This document shows, piece after piece, positions 10,375 through 23,135 of a stretch of DNA of 64,000 nucleotides. The notes below the pieces were generated by a model, which was given only the letters and a program-made list of their open reading frames with translations, ran no database searches and was not told the DNA's origin. A program made the position numbers and the translations under genes. Origin of the DNA: Eledone cirrhosa (taxonomy: Eukaryota); NCBI GenBank assembly GCA_964016885.1, contig OZ024741.1, positions 93,000,001 to 93,064,000 of the forward strand. The letters are read 5' to 3'. Position 1 is the stretch's first letter; the number at the start of each line of letters is the position of its first letter.

Positions 10375-10638
10375 TATATAGTTATAGAGGTATTTATTTA
10401 CGCTTTAATTTATATTTTTAATTATCGTGTCTATAGTCTGCCTTTCATAGGTTATAGATTCCATACACTGGTGGTTTTTTCCCTGTATTATTGATAACGC
10501 ACTATATATCTCTCTCTGGTGTTACCTTCTCAACATATTGTATTTTAAAGAGCTCAGGATATCTTCTCGTTTGAGCACATTATTTACAGGGAATAGCGAG
10601 GGCCTATGCCTCCGTTAATTTATCGTGATATATAATAT

Positions 10639-10947
10639 AGGCACATGGCTTAGTGGTTAGAGCATTGGCCTTGCAATTGAAAGGTTGTGAGTTCAATTCT
10701 CAGACCAGGTGATGTGTTGTTTCCTTGAGCAAGACACTTTATTTCACATTGCTCCAGTTTACTCAGCTGTAGAAATGCAAAGTGGTCGTGTAGGTGCCAC
10801 AGCAAAAAAAAGCACCCAGCACTCACTGTAAATGAGGTTGGTGTTAGGAAGGGCATCCAGCTGTAGAAATCAAGCCAGAATCAGTTCCCGTCCCACCCTT
10901 GCAAGCAGGGAAAAGCGGACGTAAAATGAAATGATGATGATGATGAT
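10639..10947 (+). mobile_element. SINE copy (same family as 5612-5949) with ~35 bp internal deletion
   Basis: A and B boxes and CORE-like block present; lacks the GATAGGG..CCCTATC hairpin; (GAT)n tail. Confidence 0.87.
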
Positions 10948-12581
10948 ACTACAAATTAAAGATAATATCCCTAAAAAATTTTTACTATTCTAGAGAAAAA
11001 CTTCTCGCCAAACCATAAATACCATCAAATTTTAAATAGATCAACGGTCAAATTCTCTTACTCCACTACCAAAAATATACAAGAAAATATAAGTGCCTAC
11101 AATGCATATAAATGTAAAAAACCCATGAATATACCATCAATACATCAAACTAACCATAATACTAAAATAAACCACAGCAAACCACCATCCCCTTCACATA
11201 CAAGTTGAGTAAATTCCACACCTAATTTGACTAACTCCCCCGATATAATATTCACGAAAGGTTGTAATTGTAGAAACAAAGCAAATTGCCCATTAAAAGG
11301 AAATTGCCTTATTAATAACATAGTATATTAATAACATTTTAAAATGCCACATTAGCTAATACAACATCCTTGGCTGAAATAATTAATAATTATAGAAAAA
11401 AGAATATCGATTATAACCTGACCTGGAGATATGAGTGTAGATTATGTTCCCAGGAACTTTTTGAAATAATGAAATCTAAGGATATCCTATTAAATAAGCG
11501 ATAAGAATTAATTATATCGTGCAATCATAGAATTAGAAGAACTTTCAAATATTATAAACCTAATTAATATACACTTATATTTTACAAATTATTATAATTA
11601 GTTCTTTTTTAATTTAGTTAACCTATAATTAGTATTTTACTACTGAGAACTTCATAATTTTATTTCCCTTTTACAGCTATCTTTTCCTAAAATTAATACC
11701 TATAAGTATACATATAAACTATTTTAATTTCCTGTTATGAATCTAAATTCCTTGTAGTCTATATAAGTTTATTTCTCACTAATACATTTTCCCCCAAAAA
11801 TTTTTTTCCTTCGTTTTTAACAACATTCTTTAATAACATCTAACTCTTATTTATCACATCTATATGAATTAATATAAATTTATCCCTATAAGTATACCTA
11901 CCAATTAAATTAATTTAATTTCTTTTTATAGATCTAAATTCCTTATGTTTTAAATAAGATTGGTATTTCTCACTAACACATTTATCCTAAAATTTTATTC
12001 TCCTTCGATTTTAACATTAGCATTATTCTTTAATAACATCAAATTTTCGTGTACCTTTAATCCCCAAAGTAATCTTTTCATTCAAAATATTCTTTCCATT
12101 CAAAACTGAAGTCTGCATTCCTCTACCCCTAAATTAAATTTCTACTACTACTATTCTATCAACTTGACCACTTACTACTTTTCTATTGGTCAATTCAAAA
12201 CCTGTTCCCAAACAGACCTATTATATTAAATCTTTGTTGTTTTTTTCAATAAACAAATATCATTATTTCTGAAGACAGCATATATATATGTAGGTATGTA
12301 TATTCCCTCTGATAGTTTGTAAAATTTTTACATAGATCTATATGATATACATACCAACACACACATATATATCCGAGAAATGATCGTAAAATGATGAATT
12401 TTTTAATATAAGGAACTGTTTCTTTGTTTTTATTCATTGTTTTTATTAATTTATCTTGACTTATCCAGTGATTTTCATCAAAAAAATTTTTGAATACATC
12501 TTCTCTTTTCATGATATTTAGATTACATTGAGTTCTTCATACGGATTGGACACTAACGTATATTTTGGTAGATTTATCTAC
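10948..12581 (+). mobile_element. degenerate 5'-truncated Naiad-like Penelope element
   Basis: 10951-11565 is homologous to 17909-18574 (encodes CNCRNKANCPLKGNC, with deletions in the endonuclease). 12250-12581 is homologous to the 21810-22160 terminus. Confidence 0.8.
12260..12397 (+). ncRNA. type I hammerhead ribozyme, family H3 (long stem II)
   Basis: TCATTATTT-CTGAAGA-~100 nt-GAAA-TGATCG-TA-AAATGATGA. Confidence 0.72.
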
Positions 12582-12591
12582 ATATATATAC

Positions 12592-12622
<31 letters not shown>

Positions 12623-12954
12623 TCATTTCATTTTACGTCCGCTTTTTCCCTGCTTGCAAGGGTGGGAGGGGAACTGATTCTGGCTTGATTTCTACAGTTG
12701 GGTACCCTTCCTAACACCAACCTCATTTACAGTGAGTGCTGGGTGCTTTTTTGTCGTGGCACCTCCACAACCACTTTGCAGTGGAATGATAGGGACCCCA
12801 GCCCCTATCATCTCATTTCTACAGCTGAGTAAACTGGAGCAATGTGAAATAAAGTGTCTTGCTCAAGGAAATAACACATCACCCGGTCTGAGAATTGAGC
12901 TCACAACCTTTCGATTGCAAGGCCAATGCTCTAACCGCTAAGCCATGTGCCTCC
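12623..12954 (-). mobile_element. SINE copy (same family as 5612-5949)
   Basis: Reverse complement of the 5612-5949 sequence with substitutions. Confidence 0.87.
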
Positions 12955-13028
12955 ATATATATATATATATATATATAAAATATTAAACAAATAATGAACA
13001 AACAATTCCTTATATTAAACAAAAAAAG

Positions 13029-13183
13029 TTCACTATTTAACGATCGTTTCTAGGGCATATATGTGCTATAATTGGTATGCATATTTAACAGATCTATGTA
13101 CAAAATTATACAAAATTATACAAATTATCAAGATTAAATATACATACCTAACTCATATATACGCCGTCTTCAGAAATAATGAA
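13029..13183 (-). ncRNA. type I hammerhead ribozyme, family H3 (inverted-arm copy)
   Basis: Reverse complement of 21818-21972. Confidence 0.75.
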
Positions 13184-13958
13184 GTATATTTATTGATAAT
13201 AACAACAATTCAAAATATCAGTTCAAAATTGACCAATGAAAACACAAAGGGTTAAAAAGCAGTTTGGTGTGTGTATATACATGTAAAACCCTACACACAT
13301 TTTACAATAATGTGTGTATAATATGTATGTGCATACTAAAAAGATGGATGCAAATAAAAAATTTCAAGGTTAATATCTCTGTAAGCTTAATGCGCTGATA
13401 AGATACGCAATGATACTTATGTAGTCAAGCATATAAATATATTTTTTTCATACTCACACATATCAGTATAATCACACATACATGTGCGTATATATATAAA
13501 TATACACATAACCACGAACACACAAACACACACACACACCCCACTCACATTTATATATGTGGATATAAAATCATAAGCAAATAGAAATTAAGTCACTCAC
13601 ATAAACACACTGGTACACACATTTCAAGATCAAGATACAGAAATTAGGTGGGAGGGGGGGGGAGGGGTCAGTATTAGGTTGTCAGACCAGACAGCCTAAT
13701 ATAAATGTATCTATAAATTATGAAAAATAAAAAAATAAAAACAATAAAATATATTACATAATATAATGTACATACGCATACAGATATACATACACATACG
13801 TACATGTACGCGCACATAGAGATATCTACACATACATACATACACACATACCTATACTGTCCTACACACACATACATTTACACGAACATACACATACACA
13901 TATAAAAAGATAAAAATATAAAAATACGGACACACACACGCGCAACACATACACACAT

Positions 13959-14005
<47 letters not shown>

Positions 14006-14115
14006 TATACACACACACACATAGACTCATATATATATACATACACATACATATACTTATACATAAACATATATATCCCACACTCATACCACCATGAAAA
14101 CACATACAAACATCC

Positions 14116-14161
<46 letters not shown>

Positions 14162-14257
14162 ATACACACACGTACACATATATGCATATATACATACACA
14201 TATACACACATACACACATATATATATATATACACACACACATAAAATACAGACATG

Positions 14258-14292
<35 letters not shown>

Positions 14293-14388
14293 TTCATTAC
14301 CCTTATATATACACATAGTATATATACATACACAACCTCACTTATACACCTATACACATAAGTTATATTACAATAATAATAAAGAATA

Positions 14389-14419
<31 letters not shown>

Positions 14420-14558
14420 TATACACACATATACACATATACATACATACACATACATATACATACATACATACACATACATACATACACCTAAATATAA
14501 ACATATATAAATACACACATACGAATAAAGACATATATTCACACATAGACACCTATAT

Positions 14559-14595
<37 letters not shown>

Positions 14596-16428
14596 TATCT
14601 ATATACACACACATACACATACATACACATATATATATATATACACATATATACACACGCACACGCATACAGACCCACATACACACTCACATATATATAT
14701 ATATATATATATATATGTGTATGTGAGTGTGCGCAAATACATACATATATATACACACACACATACAAACACACACAAACACATACATATGCATACATGC
14801 ACACACACACACATATATCACATAGATACGAAGATAAACATATAAATAGAGAAACATACAAATATATACAGAACCCATATACACATACATGCAAACACGC
14901 ATATACATATATACATATATACACACATATATATTCCTATATACAAGCATACACATACGCACACATATATACATATACCTACACATATATATACCACACA
15001 TTCACATACACGTACATATATAATACATATATATACATACATATACATACATATGTATGTACAATCATATATACACACTCAATCTTACATTCATATTTAC
15101 ATGCTCATATATGTATTTTTATATCTAGAAATAAATACCAAAAAAAAAAAAAAAAAAAAAAAAAACTATATAGACACCCATCTACCCATATATTCATACA
15201 TATACACTTACAAAAACAGATGATAATAGTATGGGGGAAAGGGGGGGGTTTGGAGAAGGGGATCAAAGTAAATATATGTTTCAAGAAACCTATAATATTT
15301 TCCATATCTTAATTCAATGTATGTTCTTACATAATTTCAATGCTAGGAAATACGAAATCTATGCATCACAAAATAAAAAAGTATACCATTAATCATATGT
15401 CAACTAAACCAAAGATAGTCAACATATTGATTTCAAAGGTGTAAATTAGTTAGGTTTATAATATTTGAAGCAGAATTATGAAGTCAAACAGTAGTAGATT
15501 ATTAATTACATTATAACTAAATTAAAGTAAATAATAGGGAAAAGAAACCCAAATAAAAATAAAATAAAGTATTACATCGGTAGTAGCATATAAATTATAT
15601 GTAAACTAAGTTAAAAATTATATATTTATTTCAATAGTATATGTTAATTAGTATATGTTAATTAGGTATACAATACATAAAGCAGATATTGTATTTCATC
15701 AATAGCATAATATAATTATATGCAAATAAAAATCAAAATTAATACGCATACACATACATATACATACACATACACATACATATATATATACATACACATA
15801 TATATATATATATATATACATATATATACACACGTACATACATATATAGTCACATAAATATACATACAGATACACATACAATACACACATATACATATAC
15901 ATATAGATATACATATCTTTTTCAAAAAATTTGCACAGAATATATTAACTAGGTATATATCCAAAAATACCTCCCATTCTATGATTACATGAAATTCTGC
16001 AATTCGTCTGTACAAGGATACTAATTTTAAGCAAATTAAAATTAAAATTAAAGTTTTAGGTTGATTAAAGCTAAAACCAAATAATAAATATATTTCCAAA
16101 ATGTATATTAATTAGGTCAATAATACTAAAAATTCTTTCTCCGTCATAGGATACATGATATTATTTTGTTATATTTTATCTGTAAAAGAGTTATAATAAA
16201 AAAAATTTTATAATAAAAGGTTAAACTAAATTAAAAAATTATAATAAAAGGTTAAAATAAGTTAAAATTAATCTATAAATTAAATTACTGAATATATATT
16301 AGTAATATTTAAAGGTTTTTCAAAATTAATGATTACATAATATTTTCTCATCTGTAATAAAATATTAATTAAATTAAATTTATAGGTTAACTAGCATTTA
16401 AATTAAATTAAATTCTAGAATAATGTTA

Positions 16429-17050
16429 TTAATTAGGTTTATAATATTTAAATGTTTTTTTTAGTTTATGATTACACGATATAATTAATTCCTGTCTTTT
16501 ATTTAATAAGATATCCCTAGACTTCATTATTTCAAATAGTTCTTGGGAACATAATCTACATTCCTTTCTATTATTTTGATAAGGGGTGGCTCTTTTGAGC
16601 ACACTCCAGGTCAAATCATATTTTATATTTTTATTTTTATAACTATTGATTTTTTCTGCTAGAGATGTTGTATTAGCCAGTGCGGCATTTTTAAAGCTAT
16701 GTTTGTGGGTATTATACCTTGTCTTAAAATTGTTAGAGGTAGCTCCTATATATGAGCAAATAGAATCTTTAGTTTTAACATTACATTTATAGACTATGTT
16801 GTTAACAAGACAATTCCCTTTTAATGGGCAGTTTGTTTTGTTTCTACAGTTACATCCTTTCGTTAATTCTGTATTTGAGGAGATATTATTGTTAATTTGA
16901 TGTACTGGTGGTATACTTATAGTTTTCTTACATTTATATGCATTATATGCACTTATATTTTGTTTTATGTTATTTGTTGTAGAATATGAGAATTTAACTG
17001 TAGACCTATTTAAGATTTGATGGTATTTGTGGTTTGGCGGGAAGTTTTTC
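16429..17050 (-). pseudogene. inverted duplicate of the PLE linker + GIY-YIG endonuclease coding region
   Basis: Translation is identical to the C-terminal ~206 aa of 17051-18574. The upstream part of the listed ORF is only antisense read-through. Confidence 0.85.
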
Positions 17051-18574
17051 AGTAATCTTTTTGATATTACTATGGGTTCAAGCGATTCTGCCCAAATTAC
17101 TGATCTTGTGGGCCTCTTTCTCCTTTTCAACATAAATGCCTCTTTTCCCCACCTCAAAGGTGGTTTATATCGTGATGACTGTCTTCTTCTTTCTAACAAC
17201 CTTAGCCTTTCAGAAATCGAAAAAAACAAAAAGCATATTAGAACTTTCCTTAAGGACTATTATAATCTTAATATTACTTTTGAAAAAACAAGTAAAGTAG
17301 TAAATTTCCTAGATATAACTTTAGATTTAGCTACGGGTATATACCAACCTTACCATAAACCTAACCAAAACTTACATTACATACACTCACAATCTAATCA
17401 TCCTAAATCTATCCTTAAAAACCTTGCATATAATATATCACTTAGAATTTCTAACCTTTCTTCTAACCAAGATGTATTTGATAAAAATGCGACCTTTTAT
17501 AATGAAGCTCTAGATAGAAGTGGCCACAAAAATAGATTAGAGTATATAACTTCTACTAAAAATACTGAAAATATACAGCATAATATTACCAACAAACACC
17601 AAATGAAAGGTACACACCTAAATGCCACCCACAGTATACCCCAAAATACTAAATCTTCTAATATAAAGTATAGTAACCCTCAAAAAACTACTCATCATAA
17701 GACTATAATAAATATTAATAATAAAACTCCTAATAAAAAAGATAAAACACCTAAATCTACAAATATAACTAAAAATAGTTGTGGTGAGATCATTAACATT
17801 ATTCCTCCTAGTAAAAATCATGATACAACATATAAAAATAATAAAAATAATAAACAACATAGAAACCGTAATAGACGAGTTACTTGGTATAATGCTCCTT
17901 TTAATTTACAAGTTAAGGATAATATTGCTAAAAAATTTTTTTATATCCTTGAGAAAAACTTCCCGCCAAACCACAAATACCATCAAATCTTAAATAGGTC
18001 TACAGTTAAATTCTCATATTCTACAACAAATAACATAAAACAAAATATAAGTGCATATAATGCATATAAATGTAAGAAAACTATAAGTATACCACCAGTA
18101 CATCAAATTAACAATAATATCTCCTCAAATACAGAATTAACGAAAGGATGTAACTGTAGAAACAAAACAAACTGCCCATTAAAAGGGAATTGTCTTGTTA
18201 ACAACATAGTCTATAAATGTAATGTTAAAACTAAAGATTCTATTTGCTCATATATAGGAGCTACCTCTAACAATTTTAAGACAAGGTATAATACCCACAA
18301 ACATAGCTTTAAAAATGCCGCACTGGCTAATACAACATCTCTAGCAGAAAAAATCAATAGTTATAAAAATAAAAATATAAAATATGATTTGACCTGGAGT
18401 GTGCTCAAAAGAGCCACCCCTTATCAAAATAATAGAAAGGAATGTAGATTATGTTCCCAAGAACTATTTGAAATAATGAAGTCTAGGGATATCTTATTAA
18501 ATAAAAGACAGGAATTAATTATATCGTGTAATCATAAACTAAAAAAAACATTTAAATATTATAAACCTAATTAA
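17051..18574 (+). CDS. 5'-truncated PLE polyprotein: RT C-terminal half, Cys-rich linker, GIY-YIG endonuclease
   Basis: FDITMGSSDSAQ, GGLYRDD, VNFLDITL, YHKP, SNHP, WYNAPF, CNC-x5-C-x5-C (Naiad-type linker), IVY...YIG, RY..H, CRLC, CNH. Confidence 0.88.
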   Translation, partial: SNLFDITMGSSDSAQITDLVGLFLLFNINASFPHLKGGLYRDDCLLLSNNLSLSEIEKNKKHIRTFLKDYYNLNITFEKTSKVVNFLDITLDLATGIYQPYHKPNQNLHYIHSQSNHPKSILKNLAYNISLRISNLSSNQDVFDKNATFYNEALDRSGHKNRLEYITSTKNTENIQHNITNKHQMKGTHLNATHSIPQNTKSSNIKYSNPQKTTHHKTIININNKTPNKKDKTPKSTNITKNSCGEIINIIPPSKNHDTTYKNNKNNKQHRNRNRRVTWYNAPFNLQVKDNIAKKFFYILEKNFPPNHKYHQILNRSTVKFSYSTTNNIKQNISAYNAYKCKKTISIPPVHQINNNISSNTELTKGCNCRNKTNCPLKGNCLVNNIVYKCNVKTKDSICSYIGATSNNFKTRYNTHKHSFKNAALANTTSLAEKINSYKNKNIKYDLTWSVLKRATPYQNNRKECRLCSQELFEIMKSRDILLNKRQELIISCNHKLKKTFKYYKPN

Positions 18575-20407
18575 TAACATTATTCTAGAATTTAATTTAA
18601 TTTAAATGCTAGTTAACCTATAAATTTAATTTAATTAATATTTTATTACAGATGAGAAAATATTATGTAATCATTAATTTTGAAAAACCTTTAAATATTA
18701 CTAATATATATTCAGTAATTTAATTTATAGATTAATTTTAACTTATTTTAACCTTTTATTATAATTTTTTAATTTAGTTTAACCTTTTATTATAAAATTT
18801 TTTTTATTATAATTCTTTTACAGATAAAATATAACAAAATAATATCATGTATCCTATGACGGAGAAAGAATTTTTAGTATTATTGACCTAATTAATATAC
18901 ATTTTGGAAATATATTTATTATTTGGTTTTAGCTTTAATCAACCTAAAACTTTAATTTTAATTTTAATTTGCTTAAAATTAGTATCCTTGTACAGACGAA
19001 TTGCAGAATTTCATGTAATCATAGAATGGGAGGTATTTTTGGATATATACCTAGTTAATATATTCTGTGCAAATTTTTTGAAAAAGATATGTATATCTAT
19101 ATGTATATGTATATGTGTGTATTGTATGTGTATCTGTATGTATATTTATGTGACTATATATGTATGTACGTGTGTATATATATGTATATATATATATATA
19201 TATATGTGTATGTATATATATATGTATGTGTATGTGTATGTATATGTATGTGTATGCGTATTAATTTTGATTTTTATTTGCATATAATTATATTATGCTA
19301 TTGATGAAATACAATATCTGCTTTATGTATTGTATACCTAATTAACATATACTAATTAACATATACTATTGAAATAAATATATAATTTTTAACTTAGTTT
19401 ACATATAATTTATATGCTACTACCGATGTAATACTTTATTTTATTTTTATTTGGGTTTCTTTTCCCTATTATTTACTTTAATTTAGTTATAATGTAATTA
19501 ATAATCTACTACTGTTTGACTTCATAATTCTGCTTCAAATATTATAAACCTAACTAATTTACACCTTTGAAATCAATATGTTGACTATCTTTGGTTTAGT
19601 TGACATATGATTAATGGTATACTTTTTTATTTTGTGATGCATAGATTTCGTATTTCCTAGCATTGAAATTATGTAAGAACATACATTGAATTAAGATATG
19701 GAAAATATTATAGGTTTCTTGAAACATATATTTACTTTGATCCCCTTCTCCAAACCCCCCCCTTTCCCCCATACTATTATCATCTGTTTTTGTAAGTGTA
19801 TATGTATGAATATATGGGTAGATGGGTGTCTATATAGTTTTTTTTTTTTTTTTTTTTTTTTTTGGTATTTATTTCTAGATATAAAAATACATATATGAGC
19901 ATGTAAATATGAATGTAAGATTGAGTGTGTATATATGATTGTACATACATATGTATGTATATGTATGTATATATATGTATTATATATGTACGTGTATGTG
20001 AATGTGTGGTATATATATGTGTAGGTATATGTATATATGTGTGCGTATGTGTATGCTTGTATATAGGAATATATATGTGTGTATATATGTATATATGTAT
20101 ATGCGTGTTTGCATGTATGTGTATATGGGTTCTGTATATATTTGTATGTTTCTCTATTTATATGTTTATCTTCGTATCTATGTGATATATGTGTGTGTGT
20201 GTGCATGTATGCATATGTATGTGTTTGTGTGTGTTTGTATGTGTGTGTGTATATATATGTATGTATTTGCGCACACTCACATACACATATATATATATAT
20301 ATATATATATATGTGAGTGTGTATGTGGGTCTGTATGCGTGTGCGTGTGTATATATGTGTATATATATATATATGTGTATGTATGTGTATGTGTGTGTAT
20401 ATAGATA

Positions 20408-20444
<37 letters not shown>

Positions 20445-20583
20445 ATATAGGTGTCTATGTGTGAATATATGTCTTTATTCGTATGTGTGTATTTATATAT
20501 GTTTATATTTAGGTGTATGTATGTATGTGTATGTATGTATGTATATGTATGTGTATGTATGTATATGTGTATATGTGTGTATA

Positions 20584-20614
<31 letters not shown>

Positions 20615-20839
20615 TATTCTTTATTATTATTGTAATATAACTTATGTGTATAGGTGTATAAGTGAGGTTGTGTATGTATATATACTATGTGTATATATAA
20701 GGGTAATGAAATGTATATATATATATATATATATATATATGTGCATGTCTGTATTTTATGTGTGTGTGTATATATATATATATGTGTGTATGTGTGTATA
20801 TGTGTATGTATATATGCATATATGTGTACGTGTGTGTAT

Positions 20840-20885
<46 letters not shown>

Positions 20886-20995
20886 GGATGTTTGTATGTG
20901 TTTTCATGGTGGTATGAGTGTGGGATATATATGTTTATGTATAAGTATATGTATGTGTATGTATATATATATGAGTCTATGTGTGTGTGTGTATA

Positions 20996-21042
<47 letters not shown>

Positions 21043-21817
21043 ATGTGTGTATGTGTTGCGCGTGTGTGTGTCCGTATTTTTATATTTTTATCTTTTTATA
21101 TGTGTATGTGTATGTTCGTGTAAATGTATGTGTGTGTAGGACAGTATAGGTATGTGTGTATGTATGTATGTGTAGATATCTCTATGTGCGCGTACATGTA
21201 CGTATGTGTATGTATATCTGTATGCGTATGTACATTATATTATGTAATATATTTTATTGTTTTTATTTTTTTATTTTTCATAATTTATAGATACATTTAT
21301 ATTAGGCTGTCTGGTCTGACAACCTAATACTGACCCCTCCCCCCCCCTCCCACCTAATTTCTGTATCTTGATCTTGAAATGTGTGTACCAGTGTGTTTAT
21401 GTGAGTGACTTAATTTCTATTTGCTTATGATTTTATATCCACATATATAAATGTGAGTGGGGGGTGTGTGTGTGTTTGTGTGTTCGTGGTTATGTGTATA
21501 TTTATATATATACGCACATGTATGTGTGATTATACTGATATGTGTGAGTATGAAAAAAATATATTTATATGCTTGACTACATAAGTATCATTGCGTATCT
21601 TATCAGCGCATTAAGCTTACAGAGATATTAACCTTGAAATTTTTTATTTGCATCCATCTTTTTAGTATGCACATACATATTATACACACATTATTGTAAA
21701 ATGTGTGTAGGGTTTTACATGTATATACACACACCAAACTGCTTTTTAACCCTTTGTGTTTTCATTGGTCAATTTTGAACTGATATTTTGAATTGTTGTT
21801 ATTATCAATAAATATAC

Positions 21818-21972
21818 TTCATTATTTCTGAAGACGGCGTATATATGAGTTAGGTATGTATATTTAATCTTGATAATTTGTATAATTTTGTATAATTTTG
21901 TACATAGATCTGTTAAATATGCATACCAATTATAGCACATATATGCCCTAGAAACGATCGTTAAATAGTGAA
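21818..21972 (+). ncRNA. type I hammerhead ribozyme, family H3 (long stem II, palindromic stem III)
   Basis: TTCATTATTT/AAATAGTGAA stem I; CTGAAGA at 21828-21834; GGCGTATAT..ATATATGCC at the base of stem II; GAAA at 21951-21954; palindrome ACGATCGT; GUU site. Confidence 0.75.
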
Positions 21973-22160
21973 CTTTTTTTGTTTAATATAAGGAATTGTT
22001 TGTTCATTATTTGTTTAATATTTTATCTTGACTCTGTATACCGTTTATCTTTCACCGAAATTGGATTTTCATTACATCTCTTCTTTCCATGATATCCGGA
22101 ATACATTGAGTTCTTCATACGGATTGGACACTACCGTAAACTCTTGGTAGATTTATCTAC

Positions 22161-22206
<46 letters not shown>

Positions 22207-22457
22207 ATATAATATATATATATAATATATATATATATGTATATATATATATGTATATATATATATGTAATATATATATATGTAATATATATATAATATA
22301 TATAATATATATATATATAATATATATATAATATATATATATGTATAGATATGTATATAATGTATAGATATGTATATAATATATAGATATGTATATAATA
22401 TATATATATGTATATATTATATAGATATGTATATAATATATATATATGTATATAATG

Positions 22458-22503
<46 letters not shown>

Positions 22504-22624
22504 TGTGCATATATATATGTGTATATATATATATGTGTGTATATATATATGTATATATATATATATATGTGTATATAATATATATATATGTATATATAAT
22601 ATATGTATATAATATATATATAAT

Positions 22625-22865
22625 ATCATCATCATCATCGTTTAACGTCATGTTCCACGCTTGCATGGGTTTAGACGGGGGTTTTCCCACTTGAGGCAAG
22701 AGTGGTTGTCTTGCTCGCATAGGACTGTCTGGCGGTTTTCTACGGCTGGATGCCCTTCCTAACACCAACCACATTTACAGTGTGGGGCTGGGAGGTTTTT
22801 ACCGTGTTGCTACACGGCCACATTACAGCGTGGACTGTATTTTTTTGTCGTGACACCTACACGAT
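22625..22865 (-). mobile_element. RTE family B 3' UTR fragment
   Basis: (ATG)n tail plus ~230 bp matching the family B 3' UTR; embedded in TA/TATG array. Confidence 0.87.
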
Positions 22866-23135
22866 ATGTGTATATAATATGTATATATATATATGTATAA
22901 TATATGTGTATATAATATATATATATGTATATATATATATGTATCTAATATATATATAATATATATATATATGTGTATATAATATATATATATGTATATA
23001 ATATATGTATATATATATGTGTATATAATATATATATATGTATATAATATATGTATATATATATATGTATATAATATATATATAATATATATATATGTAT
23101 ATATATATATGTATATATATATATGTATATAATAT

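Larger units (their letters stand above)
9664..10630 (+). mobile_element. 536-bp tandem repeat (1.8 units) with one hammerhead per unit; retrozyme-like or PLE pseudo-LTR
   Basis: CACTGCCCTTAAACA at 9664 recurs at 10200. Units are highly similar, have no ORF, and the 3' end runs into TA. Confidence 0.8.
12975..22160 (+). mobile_element. Naiad-like Penelope element (17051-22160) with a ~4.07 kb inverted duplication of its 3' part (12975-17050)
   Basis: Arms 12975-17050 and 17953-22026 are reverse complements; the ORF track shows mirrored ORFs summing to ~35003. The 902 bp spacer encodes RT. Both outer ends abut TA. Confidence 0.88.

Noticed and set aside
17027-17050. N-terminus MWFGGKFF of the 515-aa ORF and a TTTTCAG splice acceptor
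   Set aside because: These bases belong to the inverted arm, so the start and the acceptor look like by-products of the junction.
18148-18535. Selenocysteine recoding, as reported for some Naiad PLEs
   Set aside because: Conserved Cys positions are TGT/TGC in all three copies and there is no in-frame TGA at those sites.
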